DNA of 62,040 bases from Candidatus Scalinduaceae bacterium (GCA_046759445.1 JBHICG010000014.1:1-62040); one strand, 5' to 3'. Shown: positions 1 to 12,265, counted from the stretch's first letter. A program made the numbers and translations. The notes: generated by a model from the sequence alone, not told the origin.

Positions 1-1691
1 CAATACTGTTCGGCACGATAATTTCTAGAATCGAAATATGATATTTATCATACCCCTGTCATATCTGATGATGTCAGTTTAGCTCTTCACAAATCATCTC
101 CCCCACTATACCAAAAATTGTTTTCTGTATTTTTGCTCACTTTCTGCATCACCTTAGTTTACAAAAGAAAATTATGAAAATATTTTTAATGTCACAAGTT
201 GTAAAATTCCATAACTTATGACATACTAATATGTTATACGGTATTTTATAGTTGATTTCCTCCCTTACTCCTGTTATCAATTCCATTTATGAGTAATTCA
301 AATAACGCCAGCAAGAGCAAAGAACTCAAGGAACAAGACATACAAAAACTATCCATCCTGCGCTCTTTTAAACCACTACTTGAGCAGCTTCACGGCCATG
401 CCGATTGCTTCAATCGGAGACTACATTATGATCAATACGTAAGCCTTACGTTACTATATTTCTTTAATCCAATCCTTACGGCATTGCGCTCAGTACAGCA
501 GGCTAGCACCTTAAAGAATGTGCAAAACAAGCTCGGTATCAAAAGAACCAGCCTGGGAAGCCTCTCGGCTGCAGGTCGAATATTCGACCCTGAACTCCTT
601 GCACCCATCATTAGCAAACTTGCCAGCCAGGTTGGTCCTTTAAGCCTGGACAAACGTTTGCAAGATCTTGATGTGACAGTAGTTGCTGTCGATGGTACTT
701 TGCTCAAAGCGCTTCCAAAGATGTTATGGGCTTTATGGCTTGACAAAGATCATCGTGCTGTAAAAATGCATTTAGAATTTGATATCCTTAAAGGAGCTCC
801 TCTTCGAGCTCAAGTTACCAATGCTAATGAGAGTGAAATAGCCAAACTTGAATCTGCTTTAGCAACAGGCAAACTCTATTGCTTAGATGCCGCTTATGCC
901 AAATATAGTTTTCTGGATAAGATTATCCAAAAATCTAGTTCCTTTGTTGTACGAATCAGAGACAATGCAAGTTACGAAATCATAGAGGAACATCAGCTTA
1001 GTGAAGCAGATCGTAACGCAGGAGTAGAGTTTGATCGAACTGTCTGGCTTGGTAGTAAGCAAAAACGAGACAATCTTTCAAAGCCCATAAGAATTATACA
1101 AATTCACTATTATGATGAACGAGTCCTCTCAGGATACAAAAGAAAATCCCGTGTTTCCAGCAAGAAGACATTCAGGACTCGATCTCCTGAACACACATTG
1201 TTAATAGCCACTGATCGTATGGATTTACCGGCAGAGCTTATTGGACTCATTTATCGTTATCGCTGGCAAATTGAGATATTCTTTAGATGGTTTAAGTGCA
1301 TTCTGGGTTGCCAGCATCTATTATCTCTATCACAAAATGGGATAAAGATTCAAGTCTACTGTGCTCTGATTGCCAGTCTCTTAATCAGATTATGGACTGG
1401 ACGTAAACCTACTAAACGCACCTTCGAGATGATATGCCTGTACTTTCAAGGATGGGCTACCATGGACGAACTCATGAAACATATCGAAGGGCTTAAGATT
1501 GAAGATAAAATCAAATAATCATTCTCAGGGAATCTTTCACCTTTGAAAGTTTCATGGGAGTGCTATGCCTTCATTTCTCCATCTCTTCATACATTAGTAT
1601 CATCTTGTATTTTCATTACCAATTAGTACAATAATCTCACTGAGCTTTATTTATTGAACTCATTTATCAAAGACCGTGCCGAACAGTATTG
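1..1691 (+). mobile_element. IS4-family insertion sequence with 17-bp terminal inverted repeats
   Basis: CAATACTGTTCGGCACG at 1-17 and its exact reverse complement CGTGCCGAACAGTATTG at 1675-1691 flank a DDE transposase. Target-site duplication cannot be checked because the left flank is outside the window. Confidence 0.9.
289..1518 (+). CDS. IS4-family DDE transposase
   Basis: VAVDGT, LDAAY and YRYRWQIEIFFRWFK (Y-x2-R-x3-E-x6-K signature of IS4). Confidence 0.92.
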   Translation: MSNSNNASKSKELKEQDIQKLSILRSFKPLLEQLHGHADCFNRRLHYDQYVSLTLLYFFNPILTALRSVQQASTLKNVQNKLGIKRTSLGSLSAAGRIFDPELLAPIISKLASQVGPLSLDKRLQDLDVTVVAVDGTLLKALPKMLWALWLDKDHRAVKMHLEFDILKGAPLRAQVTNANESEIAKLESALATGKLYCLDAAYAKYSFLDKIIQKSSSFVVRIRDNASYEIIEEHQLSEADRNAGVEFDRTVWLGSKQKRDNLSKPIRIIQIHYYDERVLSGYKRKSRVSSKKTFRTRSPEHTLLIATDRMDLPAELIGLIYRYRWQIEIFFRWFKCILGCQHLLSLSQNGIKIQVYCALIASLLIRLWTGRKPTKRTFEMICLYFQGWATMDELMKHIEGLKIEDKIK

Positions 1692-2202
1692 GGACAAGGT
1701 CATAAAAGACACTGCATATAGGTTGGCTAAAAAATTTGTTGATGGTATTCCTGAATGTAATACTAATGAAAGTTTAATGGAGTATGCTACTAATATTAAA
1801 TATGTAGGCAATGCAAAAGAGGTTCATTATAAGGTACAACCAAATGATACTTTATTTAAGATAGCAAGAAAATTTTACGGTCATGGTTCCAAGTGGAGGA
1901 ATATCAAGTTTGCCAATAATGAAATAGAAAGTGCATCATTAAGAATTGGTCACGATTTAGTTTTACCTGACGTGCCAGTTCTTAAGGATATAAATGATGC
2001 CAAACTATTGGATAAGGAACATTACAAAACTGCAGTGTATAAAGTGAAATGGGGAGATTCTTTGTACAACATTGCATCCACACTTTATCATGATAGTAGG
2101 AAATGGCACATTATCTATGAAGAAAATAAAGATGATATTAAAGATACGAACGACCTAAATGTTGGTCTGGTATTAGTCATACCCTTGACTTGTAACAACT
2201 AA
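1692..2202 (+). pseudogene. 3' part of a LysM-domain protein gene interrupted by the IS4 element
   Basis: Two LysM repeats (YKVQPNDTLFKIARKFYG; YKVKWGDSLYNIASTLY). The called start at 1654 is a TTG inside the IS right end. Confidence 0.75.
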
Positions 2203-2361
2203 TTCACTTTAAAACCTAGAATAGTTGTGTTTCACTAATTTATTTGTCTCAATAGTTTAACTAACTTGACTAATAATGAATTTTTCGTTAGTATATTTAT
2301 AAATTAACACATGGTTTTACACATTTTATTGTCAATTTATTAGAGAGGAGACAAATATGAT

Positions 2362-2619
2362 ATGAATAGAAATGGAAAAACTGTAAGAAAATGTTACGGT
2401 TGCATCTTAAATTTAGGTGATCGTTGCGCCGTTTACGAATATCCACATGAAAGATGGCATCATTCAAAGTGCTCAAATTATGATGATAAGGAACTATATA
2501 ATAAATATTTAGAAAACTTAAAAAAACATCCACCGGATAAGGCGAAAGAACAAAGAAAGAAAACAACTAAACTCCGTCATACAGAGGAGCATCATCAAGG
2601 AATGAAGAATAAGGGCTAA
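2362..2619 (+). CDS. small Cys/His-rich hypothetical protein
   Basis: GAGG RBS upstream; CxxC...C...C pattern; 85 aa. Confidence 0.6.
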   Translation: MNRNGKTVRKCYGCILNLGDRCAVYEYPHERWHHSKCSNYDDKELYNKYLENLKKHPPDKAKEQRKKTTKLRHTEEHHQGMKNKG

Positions 2620-2818
2620 AAGCAAAATGCCTAAGAAATAATATAACCTTAAACAAGTACCTGAAATTGTTTGTTGATTTACATTGCTTTTTGTAAATGA
2701 TTCGAAGAGAACTATAAATTCAATTTTATTGATTTTTTTTGTAAGTCTTAGAAGGAATTTATTTTTTGAATGTATCCTTGTGCTTTTATGAGTTGGTCAA
2801 TTACGATCAGGATTTAAA

Positions 2819-4168
2819 TTATATCTTAGGGGCATTAATTGTGCCATTTAATTTCTTAATGATTGTTTTTTCTGCCACCTCATATTCAGCAGGAAGTTCA
2901 ATTGGCATGTTAGCATATTTTGGATTGACTTCCTCCAGCTTATTCTCATGATAGTTTATTTTAAAATCTGTAAATTTTAATCCATGTGCTGTTGAAATAA
3001 TCACAATTCTGTCATTTCGTTTAATCTCATTTCTTTTTACGAGCTTAAATAACGCCGCTAATGCAACCCCTGTGTGCGGACAATTAAAAAGCCCTGTTCT
3101 GTCAGCAAACGCTGCTGCGTTAGCAAGCTCATCCTCTGTGGCCTGTTCAACGATTCCATTAAACATCTTCAATATCTTTACTGCTTTGTTAATACTAACA
3201 GGATTTCCTATTTGAATTGCGTTTGCAAGTGTTTTTTGGGCCTTTACGGGTTTAAATTCCTTAAAGCCTTTTAGGTAACTCAGATATAATGGATTTGCCT
3301 TTGAAGCTTGCACACATACAATCCTCGGAAACTTATTAATAATGCCAATATCTTTCATCAAGATGAATCCTTTGCCCAAAGCACTAACATTTCCCAAGTT
3401 ACCACCAGGAATTATAACTACATCTGGAACTTCCCAATCAAGCTGCTGGACTAATTCAATACTTACGGTCTTTTGGCCCTCAATTCTTAGAGAATTCATA
3501 GAATTAGCAAGGTAAATATTATTTTCACTACAAACCTTTTGAACGATTTCCATGCAACCATCGAAATCGGTATCCATTGAAAGTGTTAAGGCCCCATTGG
3601 CTATCGGTTGGATTAGCTGTGCGGTTGAGACCTTATTTTTTGGTAAGAATACTATTGCAGGGATTCCTGCGGCTGCGCAATACGCAGAAAGAGCTGCAGA
3701 AGTATCACCAGTAGAAGCACATGCTACGCCCAAAATTTCTTTACCTTCATAAATCATCTGCTTGACCATAGATACTAACACAGTCATCCCTAAGTCTTTA
3801 AAAGATCCTGTATGCGCATTACCACACTGTTTAATCCATAAATCTTCTATACCCAAAATCTTGCCTAGGCGTTCAGCCCAAAAAAGATTGCTACCTCCTT
3901 CATAGAGTGATACAATGTTTTCATTCGACACATTTGGGCAAACCATTTCTTTTTTGCCCCAAACAGAACTGCCAAACGGCCATTTAGTTCTCCTATATCG
4001 TTCATCAAAAAGCCTCATCCATGATTCAGGACTGCGATGTTTTAGTTTTTCAATATCATGCCGAACTTCAAGCAGACCCCCACACCTTTTACATTTGTAT
4101 ATAATTTCATTTAATTCATATCGCTCATCGCAACCTGAAGAACATTGAAACCATGCTTTATGTCCCAT
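2819..4168 (-). CDS. thrC: threonine synthase (PLP-dependent)
   Basis: [13 protein letters not shown]-lysine motif, [18 protein letters not shown]. Confidence 0.92.
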   Translation of the reverse strand: MGHKAWFQCSSGCDERYELNEIIYKCKRCGGLLEVRHDIEKLKHRSPESWMRLFDERYRRTKWPFGSSVWGKKEMVCPNVSNENIVSLYEGGSNLFWAERLGKILGIEDLWIKQCGNAHTGSFKDLGMTVLVSMVKQMIYEGKEILGVACASTGDTSAALSAYCAAAGIPAIVFLPKNKVSTAQLIQPIANGALTLSMDTDFDGCMEIVQKVCSENNIYLANSMNSLRIEGQKTVSIELVQQLDWEVPDVVIIPGGNLGNVSALGKGFILMKDIGIINKFPRIVCVQASKANPLYLSYLKGFKEFKPVKAQKTLANAIQIGNPVSINKAVKILKMFNGIVEQATEDELANAAAFADRTGLFNCPHTGVALAALFKLVKRNEIKRNDRIVIISTAHGLKFTDFKINYHENKLEEVNPKYANMPIELPAEYEVAEKTIIKKLNGTINAPKI

Positions 4169-4401
4169 ATACCACCTTATTTTATGCTATTTTTTGAAGT
4201 ATTTTTCTATAATTTTACCTATGCATCCTTAATTCTGTAGACAGAGATAATCGAACGGGACTTACAACCCTATGTCAATATCTATGTTGTAGAATCTTTA
4301 GAAGAGTCGTCATAATTATAAGAGTGACAAATATTTATTACAAGAAAAATATACCTTCTTTCACCTTGACAACCACAATACCTAAAAGTATTCTAATTTC
4401 T

Positions 4402-5652
4402 ATGAAAGGTATATGTGTTTTTGAAGATAGTGAATATAAAAACTTTTTGCCCCTGGTTTATTGTAGACCTATTTATGGCCTGAGGTGTGGTATTTATTCT
4501 TTTCTTGAAAGAATAATCTTACAATATCACGATACAGAAATTAAACTATTTTGCAGAGAATATCTTAAAGAATTAACAAGTGAAAATTATCCTTATGCAG
4601 TAAACAAAACTAACTTTAGTAAGGAAGGTTGTCTGTTTATTAATGGCAGAATTATAATGTCTTCAACAATTCCTATTACTGGAAGTGAGGAAGTTGGTTT
4701 AAGTGATAATACGATTGTTTATGCTAGGCTTCGAAGGAAAAATTGTCTATCCATCACCCCAGATAATTTTTTAGATAGGGACTTCATAAATATTTTAAAA
4801 AAGAAGTTTAAGGTTAAGAAAGTTAACGCAACGTTATTGAAATATCCGTGGGATTTGGTTGCTAACAACAAGAAGCAGATAACAGTTGATTTCACATCAC
4901 ATGTCAAAACAGGGCTTATGCAGGGTAAAATACAGGAAGGCGTATTCCTTATCAACGATTCGCAAATATACATAGGTAAAAATACAGTAATTAAACCAGG
5001 ATGTGTTCTGGATGCAGAAGGGGGCCCGATATACATAGGTAATAATGTTAACGTATTTCCAAATTCTGTTATCGAAGGTCCCGCTTTCATTGGAGACAAC
5101 GTAATAATTCAGTTCGTTTCAAGAATCCGTGCCGGGTCAAATATAGGAAAGGTCAGTAAAGTAGGCGGAGAAATTGAAAACACAATTATTCAAGATTATA
5201 CTAATAAACAACATGACGGCTTCCTTGGTGATTCTTATATTGGTTCGTGGGTTAACTTAGGGGCGGGTACAACAACCAGCAATCTCACAAATACGTACGA
5301 AACTGTTAAAGTACAAATGACAGACAAAACAATCAAGACTGGTCAGATATTTTTTGGAATGATTATGGGTGATCATACCAAGACAGCCATAAATGCAAAA
5401 TTTATGGCTGGAAGTATTATAGGATTTGCTAATAACATACTCCTTACAGGAATACCTCCAAAGTTTATTCCGTCCTTTTCATGGTATTCTGATAATGTTA
5501 CGAGAGTTTATGGTGTAGAAAGAGAATTGCAAGTGGCAAAACGGATGATGAAAAGACGCAATAAGAAAATGACACGTAAAGAGGAAAAAGTCTTTAAAAC
5601 TATTTTTGCCTTGACTCAAAGGGAAAGAAAGCTGCACTATAAGAAAACCTGA
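4402..5652 (+). CDS. GlmU-like sugar-phosphate nucleotidyltransferase-like protein with hexapeptide repeats
   Basis: LRCGI N-terminus, left-handed beta-helix repeats, NKQHDGFLGDSYIGSWVNLGAGT. ATG 4402 preferred over GTG 4324. Confidence 0.75.
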   Translation: MKGICVFEDSEYKNFLPLVYCRPIYGLRCGIYSFLERIILQYHDTEIKLFCREYLKELTSENYPYAVNKTNFSKEGCLFINGRIIMSSTIPITGSEEVGLSDNTIVYARLRRKNCLSITPDNFLDRDFINILKKKFKVKKVNATLLKYPWDLVANNKKQITVDFTSHVKTGLMQGKIQEGVFLINDSQIYIGKNTVIKPGCVLDAEGGPIYIGNNVNVFPNSVIEGPAFIGDNVIIQFVSRIRAGSNIGKVSKVGGEIENTIIQDYTNKQHDGFLGDSYIGSWVNLGAGTTTSNLTNTYETVKVQMTDKTIKTGQIFFGMIMGDHTKTAINAKFMAGSIIGFANNILLTGIPPKFIPSFSWYSDNVTRVYGVERELQVAKRMMKRRNKKMTRKEEKVFKTIFALTQRERKLHYKKT

Positions 5653-5707
5653 TATAATTGTCCACATTTCTAATCCGAGGAATCCCGTGTGAAATCCTCT
5701 TCATATT

Positions 5708-6244
5708 TCAATTCAACATCTGTACGTTTCCCTTAAATACTCCACCCTTCTTGACAATCAACTTACGGCAGGTTATTTTACCATAAATCTCACCACGTTT
5801 TAATATCTCAACGGTTCCTAACGCGTTAAGATTACCATTAATTTTACCCTTTACGATAGCATTCCCAACCTTGATATTTGAGATTTCTATTTTGCCATTT
5901 TTCTTTAAATATAACGTACCATATGTCTCAATATTCTTACCTAAAATGGATTTAACCTTATAATTACTCAGATCGTTACGGTTGTAACAAAAGTTACATG
6001 TTACTGCCTGAGCTTTCTCATCTATAGAAATTTCCTTCCCACACTTGAAACAAAGAAGCCTTCTTCTCACAATAGAGGGTTTTTTCTTTTTTTTAGACGG
6101 TGAAAGAATTTCTTTGACATTGATGTGTTCGTTACAGTGAAGGCATGGCATTGACATACAATGAATCGACACTGTTAAATTGCCCTGGCAATAAGGACAT
6201 AATATGTCTTTATATTCGGTAGAATTGTTTGTTTTGGAACTCAT
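5708..6244 (-). CDS. zinc-ribbon + bactofilin (polymer-forming cytoskeletal) domain protein
   Basis: Four CxxC pairs followed by a bactofilin-like beta-helix (GKINGNL...GEIYGKITCRKLIVKKGGVFKGNV). Confidence 0.7.
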   Translation of the reverse strand: MSSKTNNSTEYKDILCPYCQGNLTVSIHCMSMPCLHCNEHINVKEILSPSKKKKKPSIVRRRLLCFKCGKEISIDEKAQAVTCNFCYNRNDLSNYKVKSILGKNIETYGTLYLKKNGKIEISNIKVGNAIVKGKINGNLNALGTVEILKRGEIYGKITCRKLIVKKGGVFKGNVQMLN

Positions 6245-6289
6245 AAGTAAAATATAAGTGTAAAAGTATTTTTCGCTCAATAATTTTTA

Positions 6290-6676
6290 CTAATCTTTTC
6301 TCTCTTCCTTTCTTCCTTCCTTAAAATTTGCATTTTCTGCTTTGAACCCATCAGGGTTTACGTTGCATTTTCCAACAAAGACAACCCCTTCTTCAATAAC
6401 CAGGGTTCTTGCTTTTAGATCACCGATAAGCTGTGCTTTTCTTTTAAGCTCAACTTTATCAGACGCCATAATGTTCCCGTCAACGTGGCCCTCAATAATA
6501 GCATTTTTAACCTTAACATTTGCTTTAACAATACCAGTATTACCAACTACAACTTCTCCATCATTCGTTATCATTTCTCCTTCAAACTTTCCATCAATTT
6601 TTAGTATCTTGTTAAATTTGATTGTGCCTTTGACTTCTACATCAGATGTCAGACTGGTTACATTTCCTTCTTTCAT
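6290..6676 (-). CDS. bactofilin / CcmA family protein
   Basis: VKGTIKF...IDGKFEG...IEEGVVFVGKC bactofilin pattern; GGAG RBS. Confidence 0.88.
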   Translation of the reverse strand: MKEGNVTSLTSDVEVKGTIKFNKILKIDGKFEGEMITNDGEVVVGNTGIVKANVKVKNAIIEGHVDGNIMASDKVELKRKAQLIGDLKARTLVIEEGVVFVGKCNVNPDGFKAENANFKEGRKEERKD

Positions 6677-7261
6677 TTTAGTCTCCTTTCTATATTTATT
6701 CTTTTTTTCGTGTCTATCATGATTGTTAACCGTTAACTTGGTTACAACCGCATTTTTTGGAACAATTTAATCATATTCTTCTTTACATCTTAAATGTTCT
6801 AAGTCAGCGAATTTACCCAATTATGGTAATGAAATGTATTTTATTATCCATTAAGCAACGGACAAATAACAATAACTGGTATTTCTTGTTGTGCTCAATA
6901 ATTCAAGAAAAACAACATAACCAATACCGGCTAACTTAAAATAATTCCAACAGTAATTTTATTTTTGGGCAATATGGTAGGGTATATTAAGTACACTATC
7001 CTTGTGCTACGCGGCATCTAAATATATAGAGGATCAAATCATTTGTCAAGCAAAACAGGTCTTTTCGTTGATTTGATTGTTTAAGATGTAAAGATAAATG
7101 ACAAATTAACGCTATTGTTACCACTATTTGCCCATTTATTCCTTTACAATCCATGTATAACATAGTAGATTGAAAAAAGGTGAAATTAAGTTTAGTTGTT
7201 AAAAAAGAATCATTTTTGTAAATAAATTGGTGAATATTCTAGTAAAGCGAAAAGGAGGATA

Positions 7262-8218
7262 ATGAAATTGTTATCAATCCGAAACAATACAAAAAATATT
7301 ACGGTTTCAATGTTTTTAGTTTTCTTTGTTGTAGCTTGTGTAGCCATTGAAGAGTCTGATCAAAATGGAAAAGGAGCTCCTAAAGCCCATCGGGCCGCTT
7401 ATGTGAAGCCTGCAACACGGATGACAATTGAATCATATGAAGAAGCGGGAAAATGGTGGGGGTTACAATTAAAGAACAAGAAACCGGGATATATAGATAA
7501 GACATTTGCGGCCGCCCTTATAGATGAAAACGATCTCAAATACTTTACAATTCATCCTCAACTTAAAGAGGCGTTTAAGAAAGGGTTTAGGTTCGGTTAT
7601 GAAAATAGAATTGCAGACCTAGTTTTGGGCCCGCACTTTCAAATAGCAGCCGGACACATGGGAAAAGAGGCAGCAAATAATTTTGTAGACGTCATTCAAA
7701 CCTTCGAGAAAGGGTTGATTGAGATCCTTGAAAACGCTATCAATGTTTTTGTCACACTTATAGCCGAAGCTTCACAAGCTGAGAGGGGAGAATTTGTTGG
7801 TGATTTTATAGAGATATACAAGGAGAAATATAATAAAACACAAAAATTGATTAAATTAGGATCTGTCATGTTTTTAACATCACATGGTGGTCCACTTATA
7901 CATTTTGATATAAAAAAGACACAAGGCGCTCTTGATATTCCGTCTCCTCACTCCCTGAGAGATAAAATATATAAACGGACTTTTAAGGCAATGGGCGATG
8001 AAATGGGTAAAAGGTATAGTAATAACCTGATTAAAAGAGATGAATTGATAGAGTGGATGAGGCGTAGCAAGTCAGCCCTTAATATGGATTATAGTGTAAT
8101 TAATCCAAAAATAGTTGGAGAAAATTTAAAGCTTATTGAAGAAGCCTTTGTAAAGAGTTACGGGACTGACGCAAAAAATGTATTTGATGGAATAGTCAAA
8201 GAAGCTGGATATAAATAA
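7262..8218 (+). CDS. hypothetical exported/lipoprotein
   Basis: AGGAGG RBS; hydrophobic N-terminus ending VVAC; 318 aa. Confidence 0.6.
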   Translation: MKLLSIRNNTKNITVSMFLVFFVVACVAIEESDQNGKGAPKAHRAAYVKPATRMTIESYEEAGKWWGLQLKNKKPGYIDKTFAAALIDENDLKYFTIHPQLKEAFKKGFRFGYENRIADLVLGPHFQIAAGHMGKEAANNFVDVIQTFEKGLIEILENAINVFVTLIAEASQAERGEFVGDFIEIYKEKYNKTQKLIKLGSVMFLTSHGGPLIHFDIKKTQGALDIPSPHSLRDKIYKRTFKAMGDEMGKRYSNNLIKRDELIEWMRRSKSALNMDYSVINPKIVGENLKLIEEAFVKSYGTDAKNVFDGIVKEAGYK

Positions 8219-8307
8219 TAGGGGTCATTATATTTCAAATTGTATGAAAACAAACATACTTTTCACAAACCAATTGGTATGATATAACCATTTCCTTGAA
8301 ACAATTC

Positions 8308-9549
8308 TCATTCAGTCAAGTGTTTCGAGGATACAAAGCTTTTAATGGTCAGACCTTGCACCAGGACGGAAAATACTACTATAATATAGGTGGTTGTTAG
8401 TATGGTTTCTCGCTCCAGCCCTGATGGAATAGAAAGGGCCAGTGCCACGGAAATTCCGCCACGCAGACCACCCCATGTCATGATTTTTACGGCATTAGGG
8501 CTGAATTGCTTTAAGGGTCGCATGAGTGTGACTGGCAAACCTACGCTGATGAAGCGCGAGATCAGCACGACCGGAATCATTACCAGGCCGGCAATAATAT
8601 TATTTCCACTAATGGTAAGAACAAGAATTTCCATACCTATTAAGAGGAAAAGTACAGCATTAAGAATCTCATCCATTAATTCCCAGAAAGAATCCAGATG
8701 TTCTTGTGTGCGTTCGCTCATGGCCATAATACGTCCCCTGTTACCAATCAAGAGCCCGGCAACCACAATTGCGATAGGGCCTGAGACATGGACGGCATTT
8801 GCTAGTGCATATCCCCCCATAACCAGGGCCAGGGTGAGCAGTACTTCTACCTGATAATTATTCACACTCTTCAGCATCCGGTATGCCACCCATCCAATTG
8901 CCAAACCGAATAGCGCTCCTCCGATGGTTTCCTCAACAAATAAAAGTGCAATGTGTTCAAATGTAACTTCGTGACCACCTGCAACGATCCCCATAATAAT
9001 CAGAAACACAACCACTGCCACACCGTCGTTGAACAAACTTTCCCCTGTGATCTTGGTTTCAAGGCTCTTAGATACTCCAGTAGTTTTTAGAATGCCAAGG
9101 ACTGCTATTGGGTCTGTTGGTGCGATAACCGCACCAAACAACAGGCAATAGATAAACGGCAATTCGATGCCAACCAAATTAAAAACTATCCATGCCAGAC
9201 TGCCTACGATAAAGGTAGACATTACTACTCCCAGCGTTGCCAGGATACTGATGATCCACTTGTGCCTGACGAGATCTTCCAGATTAAGGTTCAGTGCCCC
9301 GGCGAATAATAGGAAACTTAGCATGCCATGCATGAGAGTCTCATTAAAATCAATGTTCTTAAGTACTGCCGTTGCCTGGTGGTGAATACCTTCCAAACCG
9401 AGGAAATTCAATATCACCAAACTCACAGACATGAGTATTGCTATCAGCATGATGCCGATAGTATTCGGAAGTCTGATAAGGCGGAAGTTAATGTAACTGA
9501 AAATCGCCGCCAGGCTTAAAACCAGGGCGGAAGTATCTAGTAATTCCAT
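8308..9549 (-). CDS. CPA1/NhaP-type Na+/H+ antiporter
   Basis: [30 protein letters not shown] motifs; multiple TM segments. Confidence 0.92.
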   Translation of the reverse strand: MELLDTSALVLSLAAIFSYINFRLIRLPNTIGIMLIAILMSVSLVILNFLGLEGIHHQATAVLKNIDFNETLMHGMLSFLLFAGALNLNLEDLVRHKWIISILATLGVVMSTFIVGSLAWIVFNLVGIELPFIYCLLFGAVIAPTDPIAVLGILKTTGVSKSLETKITGESLFNDGVAVVVFLIIMGIVAGGHEVTFEHIALLFVEETIGGALFGLAIGWVAYRMLKSVNNYQVEVLLTLALVMGGYALANAVHVSGPIAIVVAGLLIGNRGRIMAMSERTQEHLDSFWELMDEILNAVLFLLIGMEILVLTISGNNIIAGLVMIPVVLISRFISVGLPVTLMRPLKQFSPNAVKIMTWGGLRGGISVALALSIPSGLERETILTTTYIIVVFSVLVQGLTIKSFVSSKHLTE

Positions 9550-9571
9550 AAACGTTCATTTTCCTTATTTA

Positions 9572-9919
9572 TTATTTTGCTTCATTGATGTGTTTGCTTA
9601 GTAATTGTGAAGCAGTTTTCACACATCCAGGACAGGATAATTTTTTTAATTTACGAATTTCACGACATGTAGTTGCGCCTGCGGTAAGATTAAAACTATG
9701 TTCAATATGATCTGATTTCTCTTTATCGTCTAATAAATTTTTGATTACAAAAATGGCGCCGCATAGACCTCCTTCGGCTTTCCCTCCGCCGAATTGCTTA
9801 TATTCGTTTATCTGCTCATCCTTAATGTTTAAGTCATCCTGATGTGCTTTCAGGATGGCCTGCGCACAATTATATTGTTCCTTGCCACAAAAATATCTAA
9901 CAGCGTCTTTCTCTTTCAT
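9572..9919 (-). CDS. C-GCAxxG-C-C family putative redox protein
   Basis: YNCAQA, GLCGA, TCREI, CPGCV. Confidence 0.8.
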   Translation of the reverse strand: MKEKDAVRYFCGKEQYNCAQAILKAHQDDLNIKDEQINEYKQFGGGKAEGGLCGAIFVIKNLLDDKEKSDHIEHSFNLTAGATTCREIRKLKKLSCPGCVKTASQLLSKHINEAK

Positions 9920-10221
9920 TAATTATGTATAAATGATAATGTGGATTAAATGCTTCCTAAATCTTCAAAGAGGACTTGTCCGAAATTGCACATCTGCGTA
10001 ACATGTAGAGGAAGATTATGAAAAACTCTTCTTGAGATTCTCGGTATAGATAATAGTTGCATTATATCTGCTTTACGTATTAAGACAAATAAGAAAATTA
10101 CTCATATTTTCTGGAAGAGAAGGAAGTATATATCTATCAGAGAGAATATGAATTCCCTGATTTCCTGGATTCTTAAGTGTACTTTATAACTAAGGTTTCA
10201 ATCTTGATCCGGAATTTATAT

Positions 10222-10250
10222 AAAAAAAGCGGAGCAACAAGCTCCGCTTT
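10222..10250 (-). terminator. intrinsic terminator downstream of S8 protease gene
   Basis: GCGGAGC-ttgtt-GCTCCGC hairpin followed by a T7 run on the minus strand. Confidence 0.75.
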
Positions 10251-10290
10251 AAAATTAAATACAAAATGATATTTTTGCCTTATAGTGTCT

Positions 10291-11532
10291 TCATAATTCT
10301 GACGCATTAAGAAGAGGTTCTTGGAAAGTATCCGGGTCTCCCGTAAATCCTCCGTATTCACCTGTAATGATAAGAGTCAAAAGAACATCACCTGGAAGAA
10401 TGCCCTGATTATTTGAGATATATAATGCTGCAGCGCCTGTAACATGAGGGGCAGACATACTTGTGCCGCTAATGGTATTATATCCGCCTTTTTTCCAGCA
10501 AGAATAGATGTCCACGCCAGGGGCTGCTATATCCACGTCAGCCCCAAAATTGCTAAATGTAGCAAACGTATCATCAGCGCCATAGCTTGTGTTTGGTCCA
10601 TTACCTCCAGGCTGTCCATCAGAATCGGCAATTGCAGAAACCGTAATAACAGAATCATAAGACGCAGGAACAAAATCTTTGGCATCTCTAGCGCTATTAC
10701 CTGCAGATACTACATGAGTGATTCCAGACGCTACGGAATTGTCAATTGCCATACGAAGTGAAGATGCTGTATCCGAACCGCTCCCTCCAAGGCTCATATT
10801 TGCAACCTCGATCTGATCAGCCTTGCCTGTGACCCAATCAATTCCGGCAATGACACTTGACCATGATCCACTTCCTCTTCGATCGAGCACCTTTACTGCC
10901 CAAAGACGTGCACCGGGCGCTACTCCAACAACACCGATATTATTGTCCTTTGCTGCGGCAATTCCGGCAACGTGGGAACCGTGACCGTTATCATCATCTC
11001 CACCGTTTTTACTATTAACAAATGATACATTGGCAACAACATTCAGGTCAGGATGATCAAGGTCGATCCCCGTATCAATAATAGCAATATCAACATCCAC
11101 AGGACGGGGTGTCGTATTCTTTTCTGCATCAACTCTATCAACACCGGTAGACAATTCCTGTGGCGGAGGAGGTGTACTATCACCATTACCAGGTTTACCC
11201 TTCCCAGGTGGTTTTGGCATGGCATAAACCACTCTATCTACATCAATTCGTTTTACCCTGGGATCACTTTTCAAAACTTCCAGCCTCTGGTCTGGGATTC
11301 TAGCAGAAAATCCCTTTATAGCATGCCTGTATATGTGGCCTATGGTTAAGCCATGGGTCCTGGCCATATCATTTGCCACATCTGGCACGGTTCGAACTGT
11401 ATCATTATTCAACACCACGATGTAATGTTCTGGGATTCTACCTTTAGAAATTTCTACAGAAGCCAAGATACAGGGCGCACTTAATAATAAAATATTGATT
11501 AAAAAGCCTAATATTATTTGAACTCTTTTCAC
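10291..11532 (-). CDS. secreted subtilisin-family (S8) serine protease with I9 prodomain
   Basis: Catalytic IDTG, HGSHVAG, GTSMSAPHV; signal peptide. Confidence 0.93.
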   Translation of the reverse strand: MKRVQIILGFLINILLLSAPCILASVEISKGRIPEHYIVVLNNDTVRTVPDVANDMARTHGLTIGHIYRHAIKGFSARIPDQRLEVLKSDPRVKRIDVDRVVYAMPKPPGKGKPGNGDSTPPPPQELSTGVDRVDAEKNTTPRPVDVDIAIIDTGIDLDHPDLNVVANVSFVNSKNGGDDDNGHGSHVAGIAAAKDNNIGVVGVAPGARLWAVKVLDRRGSGSWSSVIAGIDWVTGKADQIEVANMSLGGSGSDTASSLRMAIDNSVASGITHVVSAGNSARDAKDFVPASYDSVITVSAIADSDGQPGGNGPNTSYGADDTFATFSNFGADVDIAAPGVDIYSCWKKGGYNTISGTSMSAPHVTGAAALYISNNQGILPGDVLLTLIITGEYGGFTGDPDTFQEPLLNASEL

Positions 11533-12265
11533 AATAATTCCTCCTAAGTTCTTTAAAATATAAATATTAGAATAGATAGTGAATATGTTTTGCTATGAAA
11601 ATTAGCAAATGTCAGAAAAATTTAACATAACAAGTATGTATGTTATTATTGTCGCACTATTTGAAATTTTCATTAGTAATTTCTAAAATTTAATTGTTGT
11701 TTAGGTTGTTAAGGTACATTGGCGAAATGAAAAATTTCGGTAAGATAATCTTACGTTCATTTGCCAAATTATTAATTATGTTTAAGCAAATTGTATACCA
11801 ATGATTTATTTACGCTGATGAAAAATTATGCTAATACATAAGCCTAGAAATAATGGGCTATTATAGCTTAATACGGGAAAATAAAAGAATTTCTTCAATA
11901 CTGTTAAATTTAATAGTTTTGAAATATTTTCTAAATCTCTTGAATTTGTGAAAATTATAGAATATTTTAATAAGAATGTCGAGAATGAACAAACGGGGAA
12001 AAGATATTTAGGTTAAATTGTGATTTTAAAGAAGGCCTTATGTGTCACCTTGTTTATGATTGGAAAGCCGTATTTGGGAAAACTGACTTATGGCTCAATA
12101 AGGGGAAGATGGAGATAGAGCACAGTTAGGCTTGCGATGATTTTATTTTAGTGTAATGAGGCGCTGTTACATGTTCGACTTAGTTAAGATAGGGGGGGGT
12201 AGAGAAATGGATTAGTCTTAAATGATGCAATATGATAATTCCCTGCCTTAATCCTGTCTGGGTTA

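Noticed and set aside
11540..12260. Possible ncRNA or gene in the long AT-rich gap upstream of the protease
   Set aside because: No ORF, recognisable RNA motif or repeat found by eye.
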